Source: Squalus acanthias
Taxonomy: Eukaryota
Reading direction: 5' to 3'
Assembly: GCA_030390025.1 (NCBI GenBank)
Contig: JASTWF010000033.1
Location: forward strand, 3,040,001 to 3,104,000
Length of the DNA stretch: 64,000 nucleotides
A program made the position numbers and the translations under genes. A model generated the notes under the pieces. It made no database searches. It was not told the DNA's origin and saw nothing but the letters and a program-made list of their open reading frames with translations. Shown piece by piece: positions 35,820 to 49,989 of the stretch (the first letter of the stretch is position 1; each line of letters opens with the position of its first letter).

Positions 35820-36380
35820 CGCACCTTCCACATTATACCACCAGGGACGCACACTCGCGCTTACTCACACTACAGACCTGGTAAGATGCATTGTTTACAT
35901 TAAGCTCAGGAGCGCACAGACAGCCCTTCTCTCACTACAGACCTGGTAAAATGCATTGTGTACATTAAGCCAGCAGGGTGCGCACACGCAGCCTTACGCT
36001 CACTACAGACCTGGTAAGGTGCATTGTGTACATTAAACCACCAGGGGGCGCACACTCGCCCTTAATCAAACTACAGACCTGGTAATATGCACTTTCTACA
36101 TAAAACAACCAGGGGGCGCACACTCGCCCTTATGCACACTACAGACCTGTTAAGATGCCCCATGTAGCTTAAACCAGCAGGGGGCGAACGCTCGCCCTTA
36201 CGTGTCCAACAGGCCTATAAACATGCACCATGTACGTTAAAAAAAACAGAACACGTTCAGTCGCCCTTACTAATCTTACAGACCTGTAAACATGTACCTT
36301 GTAGCTTAAAGTACCAGGGAACACATAATCGCCCTTAATTCGAGGACATACATGTTAACATGCACCGTGTACAATAAAGG
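35820..36380 (+). repeat. 68-bp tandem repeat (about 8 units) with CTCF-like cores
   Basis: Cores CCAGCAGGGTGCGC (35970), CCACCAGGGGGCGC (36038), CAACCAGGGGGCGC (36106), CCAGCAGGGGGCGA (36174) at exact 68-bp spacing. Confidence 0.85.
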
Positions 36381-36384
36381 GTGT

Positions 36385-36665
36385 AGATCAGCTGAAGATA
36401 ATTGGTGGGGTGGGGAGGACCGATAGTATATTAGGTGGGGTGGGGCGGGGCTGAGTATATTAGGTGGCCTGGGGAGAAGGTGCAGATATTAGGTGGGGTG
36501 GGGTGAAGATGAAGTAATTCGGCGGGGTGGGGAGGAGGTGAAGCTAGTAGGTGGGTGGAGAGGAGCTGAAGACATTAGGTGGGGTGAGGATGAGCTGTGG
36601 ATATTAGGTGGGGTTTGGATGACCTCAGGATATCAGGTGGGGTGGGGAGGAGCTCCAGACATCTT
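36385..36665 (+). repeat. About 30-bp G-rich tandem repeat
   Basis: GATATTAGGTGGGGTGGGG-like units repeated about 9 times. Confidence 0.8.
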
Positions 36666-38414
36666 GAATTGTGAGGTTTTGGATTGGCTCCCTATACGAA
36701 ATGAATGGAAAGGACAGGTTACTTACCACGGTTGCAGCTACTTATGGGTAATCATAATGCTGTACAACCGAATCCAGACAATGTACAGCAGTGAGGGTTT
36801 AGCTGTTGCTTTGTGTGTGGAATATGGCGAGCATTGTATGTAAACAAGACAATTTTCTATTTTCCACACTGAGCCAGTGTGCGGTCTCCATGTCTTACAC
36901 CAATATTTTTTTGTAAACCTCCTGGAATCGTCATGTGTCCCTTCTCTTTGTGTGTGCTGTGGGAAGTAGGCGCTGGAACTTTCACCTTTTGGGGGGTGAA
37001 AAACAGACGATATGGACTGTGCCTTTGTGAACATTCCCGATTTCCATTCCATTCATGTCAGTCCTGCGGGCGTTCAATCTCATCTCACCCGGTTTTAGCC
37101 TCGTACACGGGAAAGTCCGGCCGCTAATTGTTTCCAGCATCTCCTGTTTCTCTGTTGCTGCTCGCGTGTCCTTCCTGGTTTTTACACAAATGACCATGAG
37201 CTGATAACGTCATCTGAAAATATAACTGTCAGCAGACAATCAAAATCCGTTACAGTGGTGCAATAATTTCCGTTACTGACCGCCGACTGGAACAATGCTG
37301 TTTTTAGGATTTTGCCGTTCTTCCTTTTAAGTCTCATCGAGACACCTTCAAAACCTGCGGTGAGGACTCCAACATCTACACAACGGTGCACCAGTAGAAT
37401 ATTTGCAGCTCTCCCGGGAAAAGGTGAGCCCCACTCAACAAGAGGTGCAGAACCGAGCAAGCCAATTGTCATTACCATTTAACACATTTCAAAATTAACC
37501 AGTTAATCTTTTGTTTGCAAATGGCCGTATATAGAAATGCAATCTGCGGGTGATGCCCATCCTACCTCCTGGTATTTGTTTTTTTTAGCGCCAGTGATCT
37601 ACCTCCACTTATGGAACACGACTGATTTCCCGTCCATTGATATTAATGGTGTTCCATTTTAGCTATAGCCGTGAGATCCGCCCCTTCCAGATTTGCCTCC
37701 CTACACTACGCCCATGCGATGCTTAACACCCATGAGCGAAATACAAAATTTTACTCAGGTTTCACAGTAGTTTGCTGAACTACTGTTTGGAGGGTATTGC
37801 TGATTTGGTGTTACCAGATTTAAGAGGTTTTTAATAGCAATATAAAATAATGTGCGTTTGATTGTACAGTTATTGTAAGCTTTCAGTTATGAATAAATGT
37901 ATTACAAATTCGCAGAAGTATATTAGAGAGTGCTGGTGTTCTTGTAGTTCTCTAATGTGGTTGGATAGTTAATTAAACAAAAAGCTCCAACACGTAAGAC
38001 TCCCTCATGATTCTTTCACTTTTGAATCTCTCTTACTGTCTACTCCATGTCCTCGGTTTATTCATTCGCCTCCAACGTTGATGACCTTGTCCTTAGTAAC
38101 AACTTGCTCTTTCCCCGAGGTTTGGCTCCATCTTCACTCCGTCAATTCTAAGAGCCACAGATTTCAGGGTACGCTGCGCAAACCTTGTTCTTCCATCACC
38201 AGATCCGTCAAGCACTGTCAGACCGAGCTCAACACTGCAAAATCGGCCCACTACTCCAGTAGATCAAAGATATCCCACGACAAACAATCTCCTTAAATCC
38301 CTCTACGCTGTCTCTGCAACCGTCACCTCCAAAAACAAGTGTGAGGAGCTCAGGGACATCTTAGTCGCTAAGATTGAGACTATCTGTTCAGTTGTCGCTG
38401 CCACATCTCCTAGC

Positions 38415-39335
38415 TTGGATTTATATAGGATAAGTCCTGTCTAACGAACCTTGTTGATTTTTTTGAGGGGTTAAATAATGCCGTTCACAAGATCGTGTCT
38501 ATCGATGTAACTTATGTTTTCCCAGAAGGCATTCGATATTGTTACACAGAAGAGGCCGTTAATAAAAATGAGAGCACATTTAACTGGAGGCAAACTATTA
38601 TCATGGTTTTTTAATTTATCAGAATGTAGGAGAAAGAGACTAAGGATTATGGGTATGTACTCCATTGGCACAATGGGTCTAGTGATGTCCGCCAGGGATC
38701 TCTACTGCGGCCTCAGATTTTCACTATATTTATAAATGAATTAGCTAAAGGAGTAGAGAGGCATATATCCAAGTTTGCTGACGACAAAACATTAGGTGGC
38801 TCAGTAAATAATGTAGTTCGGAGCATAAAGTTGAAAAGGGACATTGGCAGATTAAGAGCGTGGAAATAGCTGTCACAGATGGAGTACAATATGGGGCAAT
38901 GTGAGGTGTTCCATTTTGGAAATAAGAAAGGAAGAACAGAGAATTTTCTAAACTGCGAGAAGATAGCAACTATTGAAAAGTAAAAACTATTAGGCGCCTA
39001 AGTTCAGAAATTAGTAAAAAATACAAAAAGACAGGTACAAAAATAATTTAAAAAGCTAAATGAAAGTTAGCCATTATCTCAATTGGGCAGGAATACAAAA
39101 TGGTGGCAGTGATGTTACAATTATATTAAGCTCTGATTAGAGCCCATTTAGAGTATTGCGTTCAGTTCTAGGCAACGCACCTCTGGAAGGAGTGCAGTGC
39201 ATATTCACCAGATCGATACTGGGACAGAAAAGATTGAATTATGAGGTCAGATTGAATAGACTAGACATTTATTTCCTTGAGTATAGAAGATTGAGAGATG
39301 ATCTAATAAACGTATTTAAGAAAATAACAAAAGTT
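38415..39335 (+). mobile_element. Highly degenerate CR1 RT fragment
   Basis: TCCAAGTTTGCTGACGAC (SKFADD), CAGAAGGCATTCGAT, GVQCIFTRSILG. Confidence 0.75.
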
Positions 39336-40724
39336 TTTTTAATGAATTCATTCATGTGATTTGGGCGTCGCTGGAAAGGCCAGCATTTATTGCCCATCAC
39401 TAACAGCTCCTGAGAAGGTGATAGTGAGCCGCATTCTTCAACCGCTGCAGTCCGTGTGGTGATGGTCCTCCCACAGTGCTGTTAGGGAGGGTGTTCCAGA
39501 TTTTTGATCCAGAGACGCTGAAGGAACTGCGATATATTTCCAAGTCAGGATGGTGTTTGACTTGGAGGGGAATTGGAGGTGATGGTGTTCCAATGCGCCT
39601 GCTGCCCTTGTCCTTCTAGGTGTTAGATTTCGCGGGTTTGGGAGGTGCTGTCGAAGAAGCCTTGGGGAGTTGCTGCAGTGCATCTTGTAGATGGTACACA
39701 CAGCAGCCACAGTGCGCCGGTGGTGGAGGGAGTGAATGTTTAAGGTGGTAGATGGGGTGCAAATCAAGCGGGCTGCTTTGTCCTGGATGGTGTCGAGCTT
39801 TTTGAGTGTTGTCGGATCTGCACTCATCCAGGCAAGTGGAGAGTATTCCATCACATTCCTTACTTTTGCCATGTAGCTGATGGTAAGACTTTGGGGAGTC
39901 AGGAGGTGAGACACTCGCCGCAGAATACCCAGCCGCTTACGTGCTCTTGTAGCCACATTATTTAGGTGGCTCATCCAGTTAGGTTTTTGGTAATTGGTAA
40001 GCCCCAGCATGTTGATCGTGGGCGATTCGACGATGTTACTGCCATTGGATATCAACGGGAGCTGGCTGCACTCTATCCTGTTTTAGATGATCATTGCTGG
40101 GCACTTGTGTGGCGATAATGTTACTTGCCAATTATCGGAGCAGCCTCGATGTTGTCCCCTGCTTGCTGCATGCGGGCATGGACTGATTCATTATTTGAGG
40201 AATTGCGAATGGAACTGAATAATATGCAATCGCCAGCGAACTTCTGACCTTATCACCAAGAGATGGTCGTTGATGAAGCAGCTGAAGGTGTTCGGGCCTA
40301 GGTCACTGCCATGAGGATCTCCTACAGCGATGCCCTGGGCCTGAGATGACCGACCACCAACAACCACAAACATCTTCCTATATGCTAGGTATGACTACAG
40401 CCAGTGTAGAATTAACCCCTGATTCTCATTGACCTCGATTTAACTCGGACTCCTTGGTGCTACCCTCGCTCAAATGCTTACTTAATGTAAAGGAGAGTCA
40501 TTCTTATCTCACCCCTGGGATTCAGCTCTTTGGTCCATGTTTAGACGAAGGCTGTAATGAGGTTGGAGACGACTGCTACTTGTGGAACCCAAACTAGGCA
40601 TCGGTGAGCAGATTATTGCTAAGTAAATGCCGCTTAATAGCATTGTCGGCGATACATTCCAGCTCCTTGCTGATGATTGAGAGCTGGCTGATGAGGCGCT
40701 AATTGGCCGGATTGGATTTTCTAG
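39336..40724 (-). mobile_element. CR1/L2-group LINE, 3' portion (partner of the SINE at 459-938)
   Basis: RLGILRRVSHLLTPQSL...MEYSPLAWMSA..TTLKKLDTIQDKAARL; tail GGGCAATAAATGCTGGCCTTTCCAGCGACGCCCA. Confidence 0.8.
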
Positions 40725-41042
40725 GGTCACCGATTCTGTTCGTTCACAATATTCACCATCGATTTTAGTTCATGCGGCTCCAGCTCCACTTCACTTTCAA
40801 GTCTTCATAACATTTTGGAAAATAAATTGCTCAGGATCAGAAAAGCCACCCTTAACCCGCTCTGGTCTTGGAAACAATCGCTTCATTTCCAATCTCTTTT
40901 CTCTCACCAAACACCATGACTGTTTTGTCACCTCCCAATTCCGTGCCAATTTTGACAGAAACTCCATGTTTGAATTTACCAATCAGATTCCCGCCCCTGC
41001 CACAGCAGTGAAGGAGCCATGACTACTGCTGACATCCCCGTT

Positions 41043-44000
41043 AGAAACATAGAAACATAGAACATCGGTGCAGGAGTAGACCATTCGGTCCTTCGAGCCT
41101 GCACCGCCATTCAATGCGTTCATGGCTGAACATGCTACCTCAGTACCCCATTCCTGCTTTCTCGCCATGCCCCTTGATCCCCCTAGTTGTGAGTATTATA
41201 CCTAACTCCCTTTTGATTATATTTAGCGAACTGGCCTCAACAACCTTCTGTGTTAGATAATTCCACAGATTCACCACTCTCTGGGTGAAGAAGTTCCTCT
41301 CATCTCAGTCTTAAATGGCTTCCCCTTTATCATTAGACTGTGACCACTGCTTTTAGTTTTCCCTAACATTGGAAACATTCTGCCCGCATCTAATTTGTCT
41401 AAACCAGTCAGGATTTTAAACGTCTCTATAAGATCCCCCCTCATTCTTCTGAACTCCATAGGATACAAGTTCAGTTGATCCAGTCTTTCTTGATATGTCA
41501 GTCTGGCCATCCCAGGAATCAATCTAGTGAACCTTCGTTGCACTCCCTCAATAGCAAGAATGTCCTTCCTCAAGTTAGGAGACCAAAACTGCACACAATA
41601 CTCCAGGTGCGGCCTCACCAAGGCCCTGTACAACTGTAGCATCACCTCCCTACTCCTGTAGTCAAATCCCCTTGCTATGAAGGCCATCATGCCATTTGGT
41701 TTCTTGACTGCCTGCTGCACTTGCCTTCCCACCTTCAGTGACTGATGTACCATGACGCCCAGGTCTCGTTGCACCTCCCCTTTCCCTAATCTGCCAACAT
41801 TCAGGTAATAGTCAGCCTCCCTATTTTTATCACCAAAGTGGATAACCTCACATTTATCCACATTGTACTTCATCTGCCATACATTTGCCCATTCACCCAA
41901 CCTGTCCAAGTCACTCAGTAGCCTCCTAGCATCCTCCTCATTGTTCACACTGCCTCCCAATTTAGTGTCATCTGCAAATTTGGAGATATTACAATTAATC
42001 CCTTCGTCCAAATCATTAATATATAATGTAAACAGCTGGGGCCCCAGCACCGAACCCTGCGGTACCCCGCTGGTCAATGCCTGCCATTCTGAAAAGTACC
42101 CATTTATCCTACTCTTTGTTTCCTGTGTGCCAACCAGTTCTCAATCCACGTCAACACATTACCCCAAATCCCATGTGCTTTAACTTTGCACACCAATCTC
42201 TTGTGTGGGACCTTGTCGAAGGCCTTCTGAAAGTCCAAATACACCAGATATACTGGTTCCCCCCCGTCCACCCTATTGAAACATCCTCAAAAAATTCCAG
42301 AATATTTGTCAAGCATGATTTCCCTTTCACAAATCCATGCTGACTTGGACCTATCATGAAGCCACTTTCCAAATGGTCTGTTATGACATCTTTAATAATT
42401 GATTCCATCATTTTACCCACCACCGATGTCAGGCTGACCGGTCTATAATTCCCTGCTTTCTCCCTCCCTCCTTTTTTAAAAAGAGGGGTTACATTAGCCA
42501 CCCTCCACTCCTTCGGAACTGATCCAGAGTCTAAGGAATGTTGGAAAATGATCGTCAATGCATCCACTATTTCCAAGGTCACCTCCTTAAGTACTCTGGG
42601 ATGCAGACCATCAGGCCCTGGGGATTTATCAGCCTTCAGTCCCATCAATTTCCCCAACACCTTTTCCCGACTGATAAGGATTTCCCTCAGCTCCTCCCTC
42701 TTACCAGATCCTTTGATCTCTTTTATTTCCGGAAGGTTGTTTGTGTCCTCCACAGTAAACACCGAACCAAAGTACTTGTTCAATTGATCTGCCATTTCAT
42801 TGTTCCCCGTTATGACTTCCCCTGTTTCTGACTGCAGGGGACCTACGTTTGTTTTTACTAACCTCTTTCTTTTTACATATTTATAGAAGATTTTGCAGTC
42901 TGTTTTAATGTTCTCCGCAAGCTTCCTTTCATATTTTATTTTCCCTGCCCTAATCAAACCCTTCGTCCTCCTCTGCTGAGTTTTAAAGTTCTCCCAGTCC
43001 CCGGGTTTGCTGCTACTTCTGGCCAATTTGTATGTCACTTCCTTGCTTTTAATACTATCCCTGATTTCCCTTGTTAGCCATGGTTGAGCCACCTTCCCTT
43101 TTTTATTTATACGCCAGACAGGGATGTACAATTGCTGTAGTTCATCCATGCGATCTCTAAATGTCTGCCATTGCACTTCCTCAGATAACCCCTTAAATAT
43201 CGCTTGCCAATCTAACCTCGCCAATTCACGCCTCATACCCTCAAAGTTCCCCTTATTTAAGTTCTGGACCATGGTCTCTGAATTAACTGTTTCTTTCTCC
43301 ATCCTAATGTAGAACTCCACCATACTATGATCACTCTTCCACAAGGGGCCTCGTACCACAAGATTGCTGATTAGTCCTTCCTCATTACACAACACCCAGT
43401 CCAGGAGGCCTCCCCTCTAGTTGGTTCCTCAACATATTGGTTTAGGAAACCATCCCTTAAACACTCCAGGAAATCCTCCTCCACCGTATTGCTTCCAGTT
43501 TGAGTAGCCCAATCTATATGCATATTAAAGTCATTCATGATAACTGCTGCGCCTTTTTTGCATGCACCTGTGATTTCCTGTTTCATACCCTCCCCCACCT
43601 CACTACTACTGTTTGGAGGTCTGTACACAACCCACACTAACGTTTTCTGCCCTTTGGTGTTCCGCAGCTCAACCCATATTGATTCCACATCCTCCAAGCT
43701 AATGTCCTTACTAGCTATTGCATTAATCTCATTTTTAATTAGCAATGCCAGCCCACCCCTTTTTCCTTTTATTCTATCCTTCCTGAATGTTGAATACCCC
43801 TGGATATTCAGTTCCCAGCCTTGATTGTTCTGGAGCCACGTCTCTGTAATCCCAATCACATCATATCTGTTAACATCAATTTGCACAGTCAATTCATCCA
43901 CCTTATTACGGATACTCCTTGCATTAAGACACAGAGCCTTTAGGCTTGTTTTATTAACACCCTTTGTCCTTTAAGACTTATGATTTAGTATGGCCCTTTG

Positions 44001-45495
44001 TGTTTCTTGCCTTTGTTTACTCGGATTTCCCTTATTGTTTCTCACCCTTCTAACATTTGTTTCTGACTGCATATTACTTCCCCCTGTTTCGCTACATAGG
44101 TTTCCATTCCCCTGCCATATTAGTTTAAATCCTCCCGAACTGCCTTAGCAAATATTACCCCGAGGACATCGGTTCCAGTCCTGCCCAAGTGCAGACCGTC
44201 CCTTTTGTACAGGTCCCACTTCCCCCAGAACTGGTACCAATGCCTCAGGTATTTGAATCCCTCCCTCCTGCACCACTGCTCAAGCCACCTATTTAATCTC
44301 GCTATCCTGTTCATGCTAGTCTGATTAGCACGTGGCACTGGTAGCAACCCAGAGATTACTACCTTTGAGGTCCTACTTTTCAATTTAGCTCCTAGCTCCC
44401 TAAATTCTGCTTGTAGGACCTCTTCCCGCTTTTTACCTATATCGTTAGTACCTACATGCACTACGACAGCTGGCTCTTCACCCTCCCTTTCCAGAATGTT
44501 CTGCAGCCGCTCCGAGACATCCTTGACCCTTGCACCAGGGAGGAAACATACCATCCTGGAATCTCGGTTGCAGCCACAGAAACTCTTGTCTATTCCCCTT
44601 ACAATTCACTCCCCTATCACTATAGTACTACCACACTTTTTCCCGCCCTGCTGTGCAGCAGAGCCAGCCATGGTGCCATGAACCTGGCTGTTGGTGCCTT
44701 CCCCTGGTAGGTAATTTCCCCCAACAGTATCCAAAACGGTACATCTGTTTTGGAGGGAGACGACCGCAGGGGACTCCTGCACTACCTTCCTGATATTGCC
44801 CTGCCTCTTGGTCACCCATTTACTGTCTGACCTAGCCTTTACCCGCGCTGTGTTCAACTCACTAAATGAGTAATCCACAAAGTTCTCGGCATCGTGGATG
44901 CTCCAGTGTGAGTCCATCCAAAGCTCCAGTGCCGCCATGCGGTCCGTCAGGAGCTGCAGCTGGACGCACTTCCTGCACACATAGTTGTCAGGGACACTGG
45001 AAGTGTCCTTGATTTCCCACATAGCACAGGAGGAGCACGACACGGTTCCGAGATTTCCTGCCATGTCTTAACCCTTATATTACTTTGTTAAGTTAAGTCC
45101 CTGAAAACAAAATATAAATCGAACCTACCTTTTAAATTCCCTCTACCCCTAAAGGTTAGAGGAGGTGGGAGGGAGGGAGACACTACTAGCGTAGTGTCTC
45201 GGGTTTAGCAACAGCTCCACCTATATACGGGTACCAATGAATTGGCCCCGCCCTCTGACTTTGACCCCTGCTGATTGATTAGAAAACTGGTTTCCACTGC
45301 CTGCTGTGCCAATTTACTGCTACTGTAGTGTAACCTTGTTTTACTCTTCTTAAACCTACAGAATCCCAAATAGTTAACTTTACCCCTCCACTTAAACTGC
45401 TTAAGTACTCTTATCAAGAATGATTTAAAGAGAACTAATAATTAAATAACTACTCCCACTTACCCAAACTCACAGCACTCTCTGCTCACTTGCAC
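41043..45495 (-). mobile_element. Full-length CR1 LINE (5'UTR, esterase-type ORF1 from 45064, ORF2 APE-RT, tail), disabled
   Basis: ORF1 CSSCAMW..CRKC, VVVHVGTNDIG, DGLHL; ORF2 GITETWL, GVPQGSVLGP, FADD; tail (TTTCTATG)n; possible CCGTT TSD. Confidence 0.95.
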
Positions 45496-47369
45496 TCCGT
45501 TGACCGTGTTTCTCTTGTCCTCCTCCACCTGTCTGCGGCCTTTGACGCAGCTAACCACAGCTTCCTCCTCCAAAGCCTCTCCTTCAGTGTCCAATCCAGT
45601 TGGACTGCTCTCGACTGGTTCTAGTCACGCCTATCAAATCAATGCCAGAGCATCTCCAGCAACGGCTTATTTGCCTGCCCCGCACATTTTGGTCTAGTTT
45701 CTCCCACAGACAAATCCTCTGCTCTTTCGGATTACTCATCTACATGCTCTCCTTTGGCAACATCATCTGGAGACAAGGAGTCATCTTCCACAAGTACGCT
45801 GACGACACCAATCTCTACGTCTCCACCACCTGTCTCGATCTCTCCACTGCCGCTGTGCTGTCAGATTTTCGGAGGATTTTACAGCGCTAGATGAACCGCA
45901 AATTCTTCGTTAATCATTGGGAAATCCGGGACCATCGTCTTCTCCCCTTGTCCCAAACACTGTGCCCTGGCCCCTGTTGCAACTTGTATTGTCCAACCTC
46001 TGTCTGTGGTTGAACCCGGATGTTTACAGTTTCGAGTTCTATTGCATTTCTAGGCGAGACTGTGACAGTATAACGTTTCCTTCACTTCCTCCTCTGCAGC
46101 ATTGCCCTGCTGCCTCCCTATCTCAGCCCATCTGCTACTGAACCCTCATCTGTGGCTTTTCCAACTTCAGTCCCTGCTATTCCAAAGCTCTCATGACTGG
46201 CATTCCCCAAGCGCAGCAAACCTGAACACATTTAAACCTCTGCTGCACTTTTCCAAAGTCCCGCTTACCCAATGTTGCTGTCACGTGCCACCCCCAATTT
46301 AAAATATTCATCATGTCCTTGCTGCTCCCTCTGTCTGTTACCTCCTCCAGCCTTAAGACTCAACCACCGAAATCTCTGCTACCTATCCATGCTCCACTGT
46401 CGCCTTAGCATTGGCGACCCTGCCTGCAGCCGCCCTCGCACCATGCTCTGGATTTCCCTCCCTAAACCTTTCGCCTGTCCATCTTCTTTTCCTCCTTTGA
46501 GACCCTCCCTAAAACCCGGCACTCTAGCAAAATGTTCAGTCGCCCCGCCGAATGTTTACTTTTAGTTTTGGTGCAGCTTCCGCTTCTGTTCGATGACGCC
46601 TCTGTGATTTGCATTGTGACGTCATTTCACTGTAAATCTCGATATCAATCTTAGTTTTGATCTTGCAAACAATGTCCTCTTCGCATTTTTTCCCAAACAT
46701 TATTTTTCAAAATAAACGGTTAATGATTGATCCCAGAGATTGAAATATTTTCAACATTCTAACGATCCTTACCCCTTTTGTCTCTCCCTTCAGCAAAAAG
46801 ATGTTTATAATTTTAACTGAGCGATTGTGTGAACATTGCGATTTCGAATTAGATTTCCCTTTTATATCGCGCCCAATCTTCGACATCATTGACTTCGGGC
46901 GTGGTGTACAAGGGCGGCTGATTCGATTTCGTCCATGAGCACAATGGTTCACACGTGAAATGTGGCCACTTGTGTGGAACCAGCTGTCAGCAGCCTTGTA
47001 ACAGCGAGATATGGAGTCCGTTGCCAAATCTGATCTCTGATTCAGAAAGTGAGAGGACCAATCACAGGGCGTCAAACGGAAACAAGAGCTGACCTCCAAT
47101 GTCGACGTTTAGTCATCATTCACCAGACCTGGCTAGATCCCATTAAGACATATAGGGCCTCGGTGTCGTCAGTCACAATTACTTTTTATACCTGGATCAT
47201 TCTGCAGAGCAATTACAAAGCCTGGCTTATTTTCACCAACCGTAAATATCTGCGTAAAACACTTCCTCTTGATAATTCCATCATCACTTCTAACAACACG
47301 TGTCAGGAGTGCACAGGCATATCTCTGAAAGTGAGAGAACAATTTGTAAAAGCTGCAATAAAAAACATA

Positions 47370-48555
47370 GAAGATGCATAGAAGCATAGAAGATATGAGC
47401 GGGAGTAGGGTTTTCGCCCCCTCGAGCCTGCTCCGCCATTTAATGCGATCATGGCTGATCATCCAAATTCAGTACCCTGTCCCTGCTTTCTCCCCATATC
47501 CCTTGATCCCTTTAGCCTTAAGAAAAGTATCTGTCTCATTCTTGAATATTTTTAATGACTTGGCCTCAATTGCCTTCTGTGGTAGAGAATGCCACAGATT
47601 CACCACTCTCTGGGTGAAGAAATTCCTCCTCACCTCAGTCCTAAATTGCTTATCCCTTATCCTTAGATTATGACCTATGTTTCTGGACTCCCCCGCCATC
47701 GCGAACATCCTTCCTACATCTACTCTGTCTAGTCCTGTTAGAATTTTATAAGTTTCAATGAGATCCCCTCTCATTCTTCTGTACTCTAGCGAATATAAGC
47801 CTAATCGACCCAATCTCTCTTCATACGTCATTCCTGCCATCCCAGGTATCAGTCTAGTAAATCTTCGCTGCGCTCCTTCCATGGCAAGAACATCCTTCCT
47901 CAGATAAGACGACCAAAACTGCACACAATACTCAAGGTGTGGTTCCACCAAGGCCTTGTACAACTGCAGCAAGACATCCTTGCTCCTGTACTCGAATCTT
48001 CTCGCTATGAAGGCCAACATACCATTTGACTTCATATTCGCCTGCTGCACCTGCATGCTTACCTTCAGCGACTGGTGCACAAGGACTCCCAGATCTCGTT
48101 GAACTTCCCTTTTTCCCAATCTATTGCCGTTCAGATAATAATCTGTCTTCCATTTTTAGCCACCAATGTGGATAACCTCGCATTTATCCACGTTATACAG
48201 CATCTGCCATGCATCTGCCCAATCACCGAAACTGTCCAAATCATACTGGAGTTTCTCTGCATCCTCCTCATAGCACACACGCCACCCAGCTTTGTGTTGT
48301 CTGCAAACATGGAGATATTACATCTAGTTCCCTCGTCTAGATCATTAATATATATTGTGAATAGCTGGGTCCTAGCACCGATCTCTGCGGTACCCCACTT
48401 TTCATTGCCTGCCACTCGGAAAAAGACCCGTTTATTCCAACTCTTTGCTTCCTTTCTGCCAGCCAGTTCTCTATCCAAATCAGTACCTTACCCCCAATCC
48501 CGTGTGCTTTAACTTTGCACGCTAATCTCTTATGCGAAACCTTATCGAAAGTCTG
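47370..48555 (-). mobile_element. 5'-truncated CR1 LINE
   Basis: ORFs 47469-48119 and 48337-48561 with CR1 RT C-terminus and tail. Confidence 0.9.
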
Positions 48556-48589
48556 AAACATTCTGAACCATTAGGATTTAATAAAAAGG

Positions 48590-49770
48590 GCGATAGGTTG
48601 CAAAGCAAAGATGAAACGGCACAACTGTGCCAAATGAATTTCAATAAGGGCATCAACTCTGGAGCTAGAAAGGAAAGAACAGGTTCTTTTCTAAATGGTG
48701 AAAATCTAAAAACAGTGGAGGTCCAAAGAGACTTAGGTGTCCATGTACACAGATCACTAAAATGTCATGGACAGGTACAGAAGATATTCAAAAAGGCTAA
48801 TGGAATTTTGGCCTTTATATCTAGAGGACTAGAAATCAATGTGTTATAAATCATGCTACAGCTGTACAAAGCCCTGGTTAGACCACACCTGGAGCACTGG
48901 GAGCAGTTCTGGGCACCAAACCTTAGGAAGGAGATATCGGCCTTAAGGGAGTGAGTTCAGATTTACTGGACTGATACCGTAACTCCAAGGTTTCCAGTAC
49001 CAGGAGAGATTACACAACCTAGGGTGGCATTCCCTGGGATTTAGCAGATTACAGGTTTATTTGATAGAATTTTTCAAAATATTAAAGGGAACAGAAAGGG
49101 CACAGAGAGAGAAAGTGAATCCGCTTGTTGATGATTCTAGGACTGGGGGCCATAGTCTAAATATTATAGCCAGGCATTTCAGGAGTGAAGTTAGGAAACA
49201 CTTCTACACACAAAGGTTGGTAGAAGTTTGAAACTCTCTTCCACAAATGTCAGTTAATTCTGTGTCAATTGTTAATTTTAAGCCTGAGATTGATATATTT
49301 CTGTGAACCAAAGATATCAAGAGATACGGGAAATAAGCGTGTATATGAAGTTACGTCACAGAACGGCAATGATCACATTGAATGGCGGATCAGTCTCGAG
49401 GGGCTCAATGGGCTGCTGCTGTTCCTCTGTTCCTGTGAGAGACGTAGAGACGATGTTTGCACTTGAGGGCGAGACCAGAATTAGGGGCCACACATATAAG
49501 AGAGTCACTATTAAATCCAACAGGGAATTCAGGAGCAAGGTCTTTAAACAAAGAATAGTTACAATGTGAAAATCCTTACCACGGGGAGTAGTTGAGGCGA
49601 ATAGCGTAGATGCCATCAAGTGATAGCTAGGAAAGTTAATGAAGGAGAAAGGAATGGACGGATATTTTGATGGGGTGAGATAAAGAGGGCTGGGAGTTCG
49701 CTCATGTGAGCATAAACACCACATGGATCTGTTGAGTCGAATGACCTGTTTCTGTGCTGCAAATACTTTT
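48590..49770 (+). mobile_element. Two adjacent CR1 3' fragments
   Basis: VEVQRDLGVHVHRSLK..KANGILAFI with tail at about 49430; second fragment LEGETRIRGHTYK with tail at about 49760. Confidence 0.75.
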
Positions 49771-49989
49771 TACTACCGGGTAATACCGTGTAATTTCCAC
49801 CCTTCCAACCCTGAAACCATTCAATCAATTCCATCGGTACCAGCTAGTAATTGGGAATTCGATAGTCAGGTGGACAGATAGGCAGTTCTGCTACCGCAGA
49901 CTTGAGACCGATATGATATTTTGCCTCCCTAGTCCACGGTGAGGGACAGCACCGAGAGAGTGCAGAAAATTCGGCGGGGGGATGAGGTA

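Larger units (their letters stand above)
37990..46670 (+). mobile_element. Old L2 LINE split into three pieces (about 37990-38410, 40725-41040, 45498-46670) by nested LINE insertions
   Basis: Consecutive L2 ORF2 segments (AAGTGTGAGGAGCTC; KPTL.P...NY..ISNL..NSMFE..Q-like; LVLL.LSAAFD, YADDT) and an L2-type 3' end at about 46660. Confidence 0.65.

Noticed and set aside
35820..36380. CRISPR-like periodicity (also the 75-bp arrays)
   Set aside because: Whole units repeat with no unique spacers, there are no cas genes, and the context is vertebrate.
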